Source of the DNA: the human T2T-CHM13v2.0 reference genome, Homo sapiens
Length of the DNA: 64,000 bases
Assembly: GCF_009914755.1 (NCBI RefSeq)
Contig: NC_060925.1
Reading direction: 5' to 3' (one strand)
Numbering within the stretch: the stretch's first letter is position 1; each line of letters starts with the position of its first letter. This document shows positions 30,247-43,800 of the stretch, piece after piece. The notes below the pieces were generated by a model. That model worked only from the letters and a program-made list of their open reading frames with translations, was not told where the DNA came from and searched no databases. The position numbers and the translations under genes are program-made.

Positions 30247-31309
30247 GAATTCAAAGGAATCATCATCAAATGGAACCGAATGGAATCCTCATTGAATGGA
30301 AATGAAAGGGGTCATCATCTAATGGAATCGCATGGAATCATCATCAAATGGAATCGAATGGAATCATCATCAAATGGAATCTAATGGAATCATTGAACAG
30401 AATTGAATGGAATCGTCATCGAATGAATTGAATGCAATCATCGAATGGTCTCGAATGGAATCATCTTCTAATGGAAAGGAATGGAATCATCGCATAGAAT
30501 CGAATGGAATTATCATCGAATGGAATCGAATGGTATCAACACCAAACGGAAAAAAACGGAATTATCGAATGGAATCGAAGAAAATCTTCGAACGGACCCG
30601 AATGGAATCATCTAATGGAATGGAATGGAATAATCCATGGACTCGAATGCAATCATCATCGAATGGAATCGAATGGAATCATCGAATGGACTCGAATGGA
30701 ATAATCATTGAACGGAATCGAATGGAATCATCATCGGATGGAAACGAATGGAATCATCATCGAATGGAAATGAAAGGAGTCATCATCTAATGGAATTGCA
30801 TGGAATCATCATAAAATGGAATCGAATGGAATCAACATCAAATGGAATCAAATGGAATCATTGAACGGAATTGAATGGAATCGTCATCGAATGAATTGAC
30901 TGCAATCATCGAATGGTCTCGAATGGAATCATCTTCAAATGGAATGGAATGGAATCATCGCATAGAATCGAATGGAATTATCATCGAATGGAATCGAATG
31001 GAATCAACATCAAACGGAAAAAAACGGAATTATCGAATGGAATCGAAGAGAATCATCGAATGGACCCGAATGGAATCATCTAATGGAATGGAATGGAATA
31101 ATCCATGGACTCGAATGCAATCATCATCGAATGGAATCGAATGGAATCATCGAATGAACTCGAATGGAATCATCATTGAATGGAATCGAATGGAATCATC
31201 GAGTGGAATCGAATGGAATTATGATCAAATGGAATTGAATGTAATCATCATCAAATGGAATCAAAAATAACCATCATCAATTGGTATTGAATGGAATTGT
31301 CATCAAATG
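30247..31309 (+). repeat. 1,063-bp short unit (713-bp deletion), copy 1
   Basis: Junction ATCATCG-AATG-AACTCG at 31153. EcoRI 30247 to 31310. Confidence 0.93.
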
Positions 31310-33085
31310 GAATTCAAAGGAATCATCATCAAATGGAACCGAATGGAATCCTCATTGAATGGAAATGAAAGGGGTCATCATCTAATGGAATCGCATGGAA
31401 TCATCATCAAATGGAATCGAATGGAATCATCATCAAATGGAATCTAATGGAATCATTGAACAGAATTGAATGGAATCGTCATCGAATGAATTGAATGCAA
31501 TCATCGAATGGTCTCGAATGGAATCATCTTCTAATGGAAAGGAATGGAATCATCGCATAGAATCGAATGGAATTATCATCGAATGGAATCGAATGGTATC
31601 AACACCAAACGGAAAAAAACGGAATTATCGAATGGAATCGAAGAGAATCTTCGAACGGACCCGAATGGAATCATCTAATGGAATGGAATGGAATAATCCA
31701 TGGACTCGAATGCAATCATCATCGAATGGAATGGAATGGAATCATCGAATGGACTCGAATGGAATAATCATTGAACGGAATCGAATGGAATCATCATCGG
31801 ATGGAAACGAATGGAATCATCATCGAATGGAAATGAAAGGAGTCATCATCTAATGGAATTGCATGGAATCATCATAAAATGGAATCGAATGGAATCAACA
31901 TCAAATGGAATCAAATGGAATCATTGAACGGAATTGAATGGAATCGTCATCGAATGAATTGACTGCAATCATCGAATGGTCTCGAATGGAATCATCTTCA
32001 AATGGAATGGAATGGAATCATCGCATAGAATCGAATGGAATTATCATCGAATGGAATCGAATGGAATCAACCTCAAACGTAAAAAAACGGAATTATCGAA
32101 TGGAATCGAAGAGAATCATCGAATGGACCCGAATGGAATCATCTAATGGAATGGAATGGAATAATCCATGGACTCGAATGCAATCATCATCGAATGGAAT
32201 CGAATGGAATCATCGAGTGGACTCGAATGGAATAATCATTGAACGGAATCGAATGGAATCATCATCGGATGGAAATGAATGGAATCATCATCGAATGGAA
32301 TCGAATAGAATTATGGAATGAAATCCAGTGTGATCATCATCGAATGGACCCGAATGGAATCATCATCCAACGGAAGCTAATGGAATCAACATCGAATGAA
32401 TCGAATGGAAACACCATCGAATTGAAACGAATGGAATTATCATGAAATTGAAATGGATGGACTCATCATCGAATGGATTCGAATGGAATCATCGAATAAA
32501 ATTGATTGAAATCATCATCGAATGGAATCGAATGGTATCATTGAATGGAATCGAATGGAATCATCATCAGATGGAAATGAATGGAATCGTCATAGAATGG
32601 AATCGAATGGATTCATTGAATGGAATCAGATGGAATCATCGAATGGACTGGAATGGAATCATTGAATGGACTCGAAAGGGATCATGATTGAATGGAATTG
32701 AATGGAATCATCGAATGGTCTCGATTGGAATCATTATCAAATGGAATCGAATGGAATCACCGAATAGAATCGAATGGAACAATCATCGAATGGACTCAAA
32801 TGGAATTATCCTCAAATGGAATCGAATGGAATTATCGAATGCAATCGAATGGAATTATCGAATGCAATCGAATAGAATCATCGAATGGACTCGAATGGAA
32901 TCATCGAATGGAATGGAATGGAACAGTCAATGAACACGAATGGAATCATCATTGAATGGAATCGAATGGAATCATCGAGTGGAATCGAATGGAATTATGA
33001 TCAAATGGAATCGAATGTAATCATCATCAAATGGAATCAAAAATAACCATCATCAATTGGTATTGAATGGAATTGTCATCAAATG

Positions 33086-34835
33086 GAATTCAAAGGAATC
33101 ATCATCAAATGGAACCGAATGGAATCCTCATTTAATGGAAATGAAAGGGGTCATCATCTAATGGAATCGCATGGAATCATCATCAAATGGAATCTAATGG
33201 AATCATTGAACAGAATTGAATGGAATCGTCATCGAATGAATTGAATGCAATCATCGAATGGTCTCGAATGGAATCATCTTCTAATGCAAAGGAATGGAAT
33301 CATCGCATAGAATCGAATGGAATTATCATCAAATGGAATCGAATGGTATCAACACCAAACGGAAAAAAACGGAATTATCGAATGGAATCGAAGAGAATCT
33401 TCGAACGGACCCGAATGGAATCATCTAATGGAATGGAATGGAATAATCCATGGACTCGAATGCAATCATCATCGAATGGAATCGAATGGAATCATCGAAT
33501 GGACTCGAATGGAATAATCATTGAACGGAATCGAATGGAATCATCATCGGATGGAAACGAATGGAATCATCATCGAATGGAAATGAAAGGAGTCATCATC
33601 TAATGCAATTGCATGGAATCATCATCAAATGGAATCGAATGGAATCAACATCAAATGGAATCTAATGGAATCATTGAACAGAATTGAATGGAATCGTCAT
33701 CGAATGAATTGACTGCAATCATCCAATGGTCTCGAATGGAATCATCTTCAAATGGAATGGAATGGAATCATCGCATAGAATCGAATGGAATTATCATCGA
33801 ATGGAATCGAATGGAATCAACATCAAACGGAAAAAAACGGAATTATCGAATGGAATCGAAGAGAATCATCGAATGGACCCGAATGGAATCATCTAATGGA
33901 ATGGAATGGAATAATCCATGGACTCGAATGCAATCATCATCGAATGGAATCGAATGGAATCATCGAATGGACTCGAATGGAATAATCATTGAACGGAATC
34001 GAATGGAATCATCATCGGATGGAAATGAATGGAATCATCATCGAATGGAATCGAATAGAATTATGGAATGAAATCCAGTGTGATCATCATCGAATGGACC
34101 CGAATGGAATCATCATCCAACGGAAGCTAATGGAATCAACATCGAATGAATCCAATGGAAACATCATCGAATTGAAACGAATGGAATTATCATGAAATTG
34201 AAATGGATGGACTCATCATCGAATGGATTCGAATGGAATCATCGAATAAAAGTGATTGAAATCATCATCGAATGGAATCGAATGGTATCATTGAATGGAA
34301 TCGAATGGAATCATCATCAGATGGAAATGAATGGAATCGTCATAGAATGGAATCGAATGGATTCATTGAATGGAATCAGATGGAATCATCGAATGGACTG
34401 GAATGGAATCATTGAATGGACTCGAAAGGGATCATGATTGAATGGAATTGAATGGAATCATCGAATGGTCTCGATTGGAATCATTATCAAATGGAATCGA
34501 ATGGAATCACCGAATAGAATCGAATGGAACAATCATCGAATGGACTCAAATGGAATTATCCTCAAATGGAATCGAATGGAATTATCGAATGCAATCGAAT
34601 GGAATTATCGAATGCAATCGAATAGAATCATCGAATGGACTCGAATGGAATCATCGAATGGAATGGAATGGAACAGTCAATGAACTCGAATGGAATCATC
34701 ATTGAATGGAATCGAATGGAATCATCGAGTGGAATCGAATGGAATTATGATCAAATGGAATCGAATGTAATCATCATCAAATGGAATCAAAAATAACCAT
34801 CATCAATTGGTATTGAATGGAATTATCATCAAATG
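33086..34835 (+). repeat. 1,750-bp variant unit (26-bp deletion near 33180), duplicate of 28497-30246
   Basis: Same deletion and flanking SNPs, 4,589 bp downstream of the first copy. Confidence 0.9.
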
Positions 34836-37800
34836 GAATTCAAAGGAATCATCATCAAATGGAACCGAATGGAATCCTCATTGAATGGAAATGAAAGGGG
34901 TCATCATCTAATGGAATCGCATGGAATCATCATCAAATGGAATCGAATGGAATCATCATCAAATGGAATCTAATGGAATCATTGAACAGAATTGAATGGA
35001 ATCGTCATCGAATGAATTGAATGCAATCATCGAATGGTCTCGAATGGAATCATCTTCTAATGGAAAGGAATGGAATCATCGCATAGAATCGAATGGAATT
35101 ATCATCGAATGGAATCGAATGGTATCAACACCAAACGGAAAAAAACGGAATTATCGAATGGAATCGAAGAAAATCTTCGAACGGACCCGAATGGAATCAT
35201 CTAATGGAATGGAATGGAATAATCCATGGACTCGAATGCAATCATCATCGAATGGAATCGAATGGAATCATCGAATGGACTCGAATGGAATAATCATTGA
35301 ACGGAATCGAATGGAATCATCATCGGATGGAAACGAATGGAATCATCATCGAATGGAAATGAAAGGAGTCATCATCTAATGGAATTGCATGGAATCATCA
35401 TAAAATGGAATCGAATGGAATCAACATCAAATGGAATCAAATGGAATCATTGAACGGAATTGAATGGAATCGTCATCGAATGAATTGACTGCAATCATCG
35501 AATGGTCTCGAATGGAATCATCTTCAAATGGAATGGAATGGAATCATCGCATAGAATCGAATGGAATTATCATCGAATGGAATCGAATGGAATCAACATC
35601 AAACGGAAAAAAACGGAATTATCGAATGGAATCGAAGAGAATCATCGAATGGACCCGAATGGAATCATCTAATGGAATGGAATGGAATAATCCATGGACT
35701 CGAATGCAATCATCATCGAATGGAATCGAATGGAATCATCGAATGAACTCGAATGGAATCATCATTGAATGGAATCGAATGGAATCATCGAGTGGAATCG
35801 AATGGAAATATGATCAAATGGAATTGAATGTAATCATCATCAAATGGAATCAAAAATAACCATCATCAATTGGTATTGAATGGAATTGTCATCAAATGGA
35901 ATTCAAAGGAATCATCATCAAATGGAACCGAATGGAATCCTCATTGAATGGAAATGAAAGGGGTCATCATCTAATGGAATCGCATGGAATCATCATCAAA
36001 TGGAATCGAATGGAATCATCATCAAATGGAATCTAATGGAATCATTGAACAGAATTGAATGGAATCGTCATCGAATGAATTGAATGCAATCATCGAATGG
36101 TCTCGAATGGAATCATCTTCTAATGGAAAGGAATGGAATCATCGCATAGAATCGAATGGAATTATCATCGAATGGAATCGAATGGTATCAACACCAAACG
36201 GAAAAAAACGGAATTATCGAATGGAATCGAAGAGAATCTTCGAACGGACCCGAATGGAATCATCTAATGGAATGGAATGGAATAATCCATGGACTCGAAT
36301 GCAATCATCATCGAATGGAATGGAATGGAATCATCGAATGGACTCGAATGGAATAATCATTGAACGGAATCGAATGGAATCATCATCGGATGGAAACGAA
36401 TGGAATCATCATCGAATGGAAATGAAAGGAGTCATCATCTAATGGAATTGCATGGAATCATCATAAAATGGAATCGAATGGAATCAACATCAAATGGAAT
36501 CAAATGGAATCATTGAACGGAATTGAATGGAATCGTCATCGAATGAATTGACTGCAATCATCGAATGGTCTCGAATGGAATCATCTTCAAATGGAATGGA
36601 ATGGAATCATCGCATAGAATCGAATGGAATTATCATCGAATGGAATCGAATGGAATCAACATCAAACGGAAAAAAACGGAATTATCGAATGGAATCGAAG
36701 AGAATCATCGAATGGACCCGAATGGAATCATCTAATGGAATGGAATGGAATAATCCATGGACTCGAATGCAATCATCATCGAATGGAATCGAATGGAATC
36801 ATCGAATGGACTCGAATGGAATAATCATTGAACGGAAACGAATGGAATCATCATCGGATGGAAATGAATGGAATCATCATCGAATGGAATCGAATAGAAT
36901 TATGGAATGAAATCCAGTGTGATCATCATCGAATGGACCCGAATGGAATCATCATCCAACGGAAGCTAATGGAATCAACATCGAATGAATCGAATGGAAA
37001 CACCATCGAATTGAAACGAATGGAATTATCATGAAATTGAAATGGATGGACTCATCATCGAATGGATTCGAATGGAATCATCGAATAAAATTGATTGAAA
37101 TCATCATCGAATGGAATCGAATGGTATCATTGAATGGAATCGAATGGAATCATCATCAGATGGAAATGAATGGAATCGTCATAGAATGGAATCGAATGGA
37201 TTCATTGAATGGAATCAGATGGAATCATCGAATGGACTGGAATGGAATCATTGAATGGACTCGAAAGGGATCATGATTGAATGGAATTGAATGGAATCAT
37301 CGAATGGTCTCGATTGGAATCATTATCAAATGGAATCGAATGGAATCACCGAATAGAATCGAATGGAACAATCATCGAATGGACTCAAATGGAATTATCC
37401 TCCAATGGAATCGAATGGAATTATCGAATGCAATCGAATGGAATTATCGAATGCAATCGAATAGAATCATCGAATGGACTCGAATGGAATCATCGAATAG
37501 AATGGAATGGAACAGTCAATGAACTCGAATGGAATCATCATTGAATGGAATCGAATGGAATCATCGAGTGGAATCGAATGGAATTATGATCAAATGGAAT
37601 CGAATGTAATCATCATCAAATGGAATCAAAAATAACCATCATCAATTGGTATTGAATGGAATTGTCATCAAATGGAATTCAAAGGAATCATCATCAAATG
37701 GAACCGAATGGAATCCTCATTGAATGGAAATGAAAGGGGTCATCATCTAATGGAATCGCATGGAATCATCATCAAATGGAATCGAATGGAATCATCATCA

Positions 37801-40800
37801 AATGGAATCTAATGGAATCATTGAACAGAATTGAATGGAATGGTCATCGAATGAATTGAATGCAATCATCGAATGGTCTCGAATGGAATCATCTTCTAAT
37901 GGAAAGGAATGGAATCATCGCATAGAATCGAATGGAATTATCATCGAATGGAATCGAATGGTATCAACACCAAACGGAAAAAAACGGAATTATCGAATGG
38001 AATCGAAGAGAATCTTCGAACGGACCCGAATGGAATCATCTAATGGAATGGAATGGAATAATCCATGGACTCGAATGCAATCATCATCGAATGGAATCGA
38101 ATGGAATCATCGAATGGACTCGAATGGAATAATCATTGAACGGAATCGAATGGAATCATCATCGGATGGAAACGAATGGAATCATCATCGAATGGAAATG
38201 AAAGGAGTCATCATCTAATGGAATTGCATGGAATCATCATAAAATGGAATCGAATGGAATCAACATCAAATGGAATCAAATGGAATCATTGAACGGAATT
38301 GAATGGAATCGTCATCGAATGAATTGACTGCAATCATCGAATGGTCTCGAATGGAATCATCTTCAAATGGAATGGAATGGAATCATCGCATAAAATCGAA
38401 TGGAATTATCATCGAATGGAATCGAATGGAATCAACATCAAACGGAAAAAAACGGAATTATCGAATGGAATCGAAGAGAATCATCGAATGGACCCGAATG
38501 GAATCATCTAATGGAATGGAATGGAATAATCCATGGACTCGAATGCAATCATCATCGAATGGAATCGAATGGAATCATCGAATGAACTCGAATGGAATCA
38601 TCATTGAATGGAATCGAATGGAATCATCGAGTGGAATCGAATGGAATTATGATCAAATGGAATCGAATGTAATCATCATCAAATGGAATCAAAAATAACC
38701 ATCATCAATTGGTATTGAATGGAATTGTCATCAAATGGAATTCAAAGGAATCATCATCAAATGGAACCGAATGGAATCCTCATTGAATGGAAATGAAAGG
38801 GGTCATCATCTAATGGAATCACATGGAATCATCATCAAATGGAATCGAATGGAATCATCATCAAATGGAATCTAATGGAATCATTGAACAGAATTGAATG
38901 GAATCGTCATCGAATGAATTGAATGCAATCATCGAATGGTCTCGAATGGAATCATCTTCTAATGGAAAGGAATGGAATCATCGCATAGAATCGAATGGAA
39001 TTATCATCGAATGGAATCGAATGGTATCAACACCAAACGGAAAAAAACGGAATTATCGAATGGAATCGAAGAGAATCTTCGAACGGACCCGAATGGAATC
39101 ATCTAATGGAATGGAATGGAATAATCCATGGACTCGAATGCAATCATCATCGAATGGAATCGAATGGAATCATCGAATGGACTCGAATGGAATAATCATT
39201 GAACGGAATCGAATGGAATCATCATCGGATGGAAACGAATGGAATCATCATCGAATGGAAATGAAAGGAGTCATCATCTAATGCAATTGCATGGAATCAT
39301 CATCAAATGGAATCGAATGGAATCAACATCAAATGGAATCTAATGGAATCATTGAACAGAATTGAATGGAATCGTCATCGAATGAATTGACTGCAATCAT
39401 CGAATGGTCTCGAATGGAATCATCTTGAAATGGAATGGAATGGAATCATCGCATAGAATCGAATGGAATTATCATCGAATGGAATCGAATGGAATCAACA
39501 TCAAACGGAAAAAAACGGAATTATCGAATGGAATCGAAGAGAATCATCGAATGGACCCGAATGGAATCATCTAATGGAATGGAATGGAATAATCCATGGA
39601 CTCGAATGCAATCATCATCGAATGGAATCGAATGGAATCATCGAATGGACTCGAATGGAATAATCATTGAACGGAATCGAATGGAATCATCATCGGATGG
39701 AAATGAATGGAATCATCATCGTATGGAATCGAATAGAATTATGGAATGAAATCCAGTGTGATCATCATCGAATGGACCCGAATGGAATCATCATCCAACG
39801 GAAGCTAATGGAATCAACATCGAATGAATCGAATGGAAACACCATCGAATTGAAACGAATGGAATTATCATGAAATTGAAATGGATGGACTCATCATCGA
39901 ATGGATTCGAATGGAATCATCGAATAAAATTGATTGAAATCATCATCCAATGGAATCGAATGGTATCATTGAATGGAATCGAATGGAATCATCATCAGAT
40001 GGAAATGAATGGAATCGTCATAGAATGGAATCGAATGGATTCATTGAATGGAATCAGATGGAATCATCGAATGGACTGGAATGGAATCATTGAATGGACT
40101 CGAAAGGGATCAGGATTGAATGGAATTGAATGGAATCATCGAATGGTCTCGATTGGAATCATTATCAAATGGAATCGAATGGAATCACCGAATAGAATCG
40201 AATGGAACAATCATCGAATGGACTCAAATGGAATTATCCTCAAATGGAATCGAATGGAATTATCGAATGCAATCGAATGGAATTATCGAATGCAATCGAA
40301 TAGAATCATCGAAAGGACTCGAATGGAATCATCGAATGGAATGGAATGGAACAGTCAATGAACTCGAATGGAATCATCATTGAATGGAATCGAATGGAAT
40401 CATCGAGTGGAATCGAATGGAATTATGATCAAATGGAATCGAATGTAATCATCATCAAATGGAATCAAAAATAACCATCATCAATTGGTATTGAATGGAA
40501 TTGTCATCAAATGGAATTCAAAGGAATCATCATCAAATGGAACCGAATGGAATCCTCATTGAATGGAAATGAAAGGGGTCATCATCTAATGGAATCGCAT
40601 GGAATCATCATCAAATGGAATCGAATGGAATCATCATCAAATGGAATCTAATGGAATCATTGAACAGAATTGAATGGACTGGTCATCGAATGAATTGAAT
40701 GCAATCATCGAATGGTCTCGAATGGAATCATCTTCTAATGGAAAGGAATGGAATCATCGCATAGAATCGAATGGAATTATCATCGAATGGAATCGAATGG

Positions 40801-43800
40801 TATCAACACCAAACGGAAAAAAACGGAATTATCGAATGGAATCGAAGAGAATCTTCGAACGGACCCGAATGGAATCATCTAATGGAATGGAATGGAATAA
40901 TCCATGGACTCGAATGCAATCATCATCGAATGGAATCGAATGGAATCATCGAATGGACTCGAATGGAATAATCATTGAACGGAATCGAATGGAATCATCA
41001 TCGGATGGAAACGAATGGAATCATTATCGAATGGAAATGAAAGGAGTCATCATCTAATGGAATTGCATGGAATCATCATAAAATGGAATCGAATGGAATC
41101 AACATCAAATGGAATCAAATGGAATCATTCAACGGAATTGAATGGAATCGTCATCGAATGAATTGACTGCAATCATCGAATGGTCTCGAATGGAATCATC
41201 TTCAAATGGAATGGAATGGAATCATCGCATAGAATCGAATGGAATTATCATCGAATGGAATCGAATGGAATCAACAACAAACGGAAAAAAACGGAATTAT
41301 CGAATGGAATCGAAGAGAATCATCGAATGGACCCGAATGGAATCATCTAATGGAATGGAATGGAATAATCCATGGACTCGAATGCAATCATCAACGAATG
41401 GAATCGAATGGAATCATCGAATGAACTCGAATGGAATCATCATTGAATGGAATCGAATGGAATCATCGAGTGGAATCGAATGGAATTATGATCAAATGGA
41501 ATCGAATGTAATCATCATCAAATGGAATCAAAAATAACCATCATCAATTGGTATTGAATGGAATTGTCATCAAATGGAATTCAAAGGAATCATCATCAAA
41601 TGGAACCGAATGGAATCCTCATTGAATGGAAATGAAAGGGGTCATAATCTAATGGAATCGCATGGAATCATCATCAAATGGAATCGAATGGAATCATCAT
41701 CAAATGGAATCTAATGGAATCATTGAACAGAATTGAATGGAATCGTCATCGAATGAATTGAATGCAATCATCGAATGGTCTCGAATGGAATCATCTTCTA
41801 ATGGAAAGGAATGGAATCATCGCATAGAATCGAATGGAATTATCATCGAATGGAATCGAATGGTATCAACACCAAACGGAAAAAAACGGAATTATCGAAT
41901 GGAATCGAAGAGAATCTTCGAACGGACCCGAATGGAATCATCTAATGGAATGGAATGGAATAATCCATGGACTCGAATGCAATCATCATCGAATGGAATC
42001 GAATGGAATCATCGAATGGACTCGAATGGAATAATCATTGAACGGAATCGAATGGAATCATCATCGGATGGAAACGAATGGAATCATCATCGAATGGAAA
42101 TGAAAGGAGTCATCATCTAATGGAATTGCATGGAATCATCATAAAATGGAATCGAATGGAATCAACATCAAATGGAATCAAATGGAATCATTGAACGGAA
42201 TTGAATGGAATCGTCATCGAATGAATTGACTGCAATCATCGAATGGTCTCGAATGGAATCATCTTCAAATGGAATGGAATGGAATCATCGCATAGAATCG
42301 AATGGAATTATCATCGAATGGAATCGAATGGAATCAACATCAAACGGAAAAAAACGGAATTATCGAATGGAATCGAAGAGAATCATCGAATGGACCCGAA
42401 TGGAATCATCTAATGGAATGGAACGGAATAATCCATGGACTCGAATGCAATCATCATCGAATGGAATCGAATGGAATCATCGAATGGACTCGAATGGAAT
42501 AATCATTGAACGGAAACGAATGGAATCATCATCGGATGGAAATGAATGGAATCATCATCGAATGGAATCGAATAGAATTATGGAATGAAATCCAGTGTGA
42601 TCATCATCGAATGGACCCGAATGGAATCATCATCCAACGGAAGCTAATGGAATCAACATCGAATGAATCCAATGGAAACACCATCGAATTGAAACGAATG
42701 GAATTATCATGAAATTGAAATGGATGGACTCATCATCGAATGGATTCGAATGGAATCATCGAATAAAATTGATTGAAGTCATCATCGAATGGAATCGAAT
42801 GGTATCATTGAATGGAATCGAATGGAATCATCATCAGATGGAAATGAATGGAATCGTCATAGAATGGAATCGAATGGATTCATTGAATGGAATCAGATGG
42901 AATCATTGAATGGACTGGAATGGAATCATTGAATGGACTCGAAAGGGATCATGATTGAATGGAATTGAATGGAATCATCGAATGGTCTCGATTGGAATCA
43001 TTATCAAATGGAATCGAATGGAATCACCGAATAGAATCGAATGGAACAATCATCGAATGGACTCAAATGGAATTATCCTCCAATGGAATCGAATGGAATT
43101 ATCGAATGCAATCGAATGGAATTATCGAATGCAATCGAATAGAATCATCGAATGGACTCGAATGGAATCATCGAATGGAATGGAATGGAACAGTCAATGA
43201 ACTCGAATGGAATCATCATTGAATGGAATCGAATGGAATCATCGAGTGGAATCGAATGGAATTATGATCAAATGGAATCGAATGTAATCATCATCAAATG
43301 GAATCAAAAATAACCATCATCAATTGGTATTGAATGGAATTGTCATCAAATGGAATTCAAAGGAATCATCATCAAATGGAACCGAATGGAATCCTCATTG
43401 AATGGAAATGAAAGGGGTCATCATCTAATGGAATCGCATGGAATCATCATCAAATGGAATCGAATGGAATCATCATCAAATGGAATCTAATGGAATCATT
43501 GAACAGAATTGAATGGAATCGTCATCGAATGAATTGAATGCAATCATCGAATGGTCTCGAATGGAATCATCTTCTAATGGAAAGGAATGGAATCATCGCA
43601 TAGAATCGAATGGAATTATCATCGAATGGAATCGAATGGTATCAACACCAAACGGAAAAAAACGGAATTATCGAATGGAATCGAAGAGAATCTTCGAACG
43701 GACCCGAATGGAATCATCTAATGGAATGGAATGGAATAATCCATGGACTCGAATGCAATCATCATCGAATGGAATCGAATGGAATCATCGAATGGACTCG

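Larger units (their letters stand above)
27400..36577 (+). repeat. Two-copy tandem duplication with 4,589-bp period (1,750+1,776+1,063)
   Basis: More than ten uncommon variants recur at +4,589, e.g. ACCTCAAACGTAAA 27481/32070, TAATGCAAAGG ~28693/33282, AAGTGATTG 29661/34250, GAAGAAAATC ~30577/35166, plus the 26-bp and 713-bp deletions. Boundaries are approximate (about 100 bp on the left, 300 bp on the right). Confidence 0.9.
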
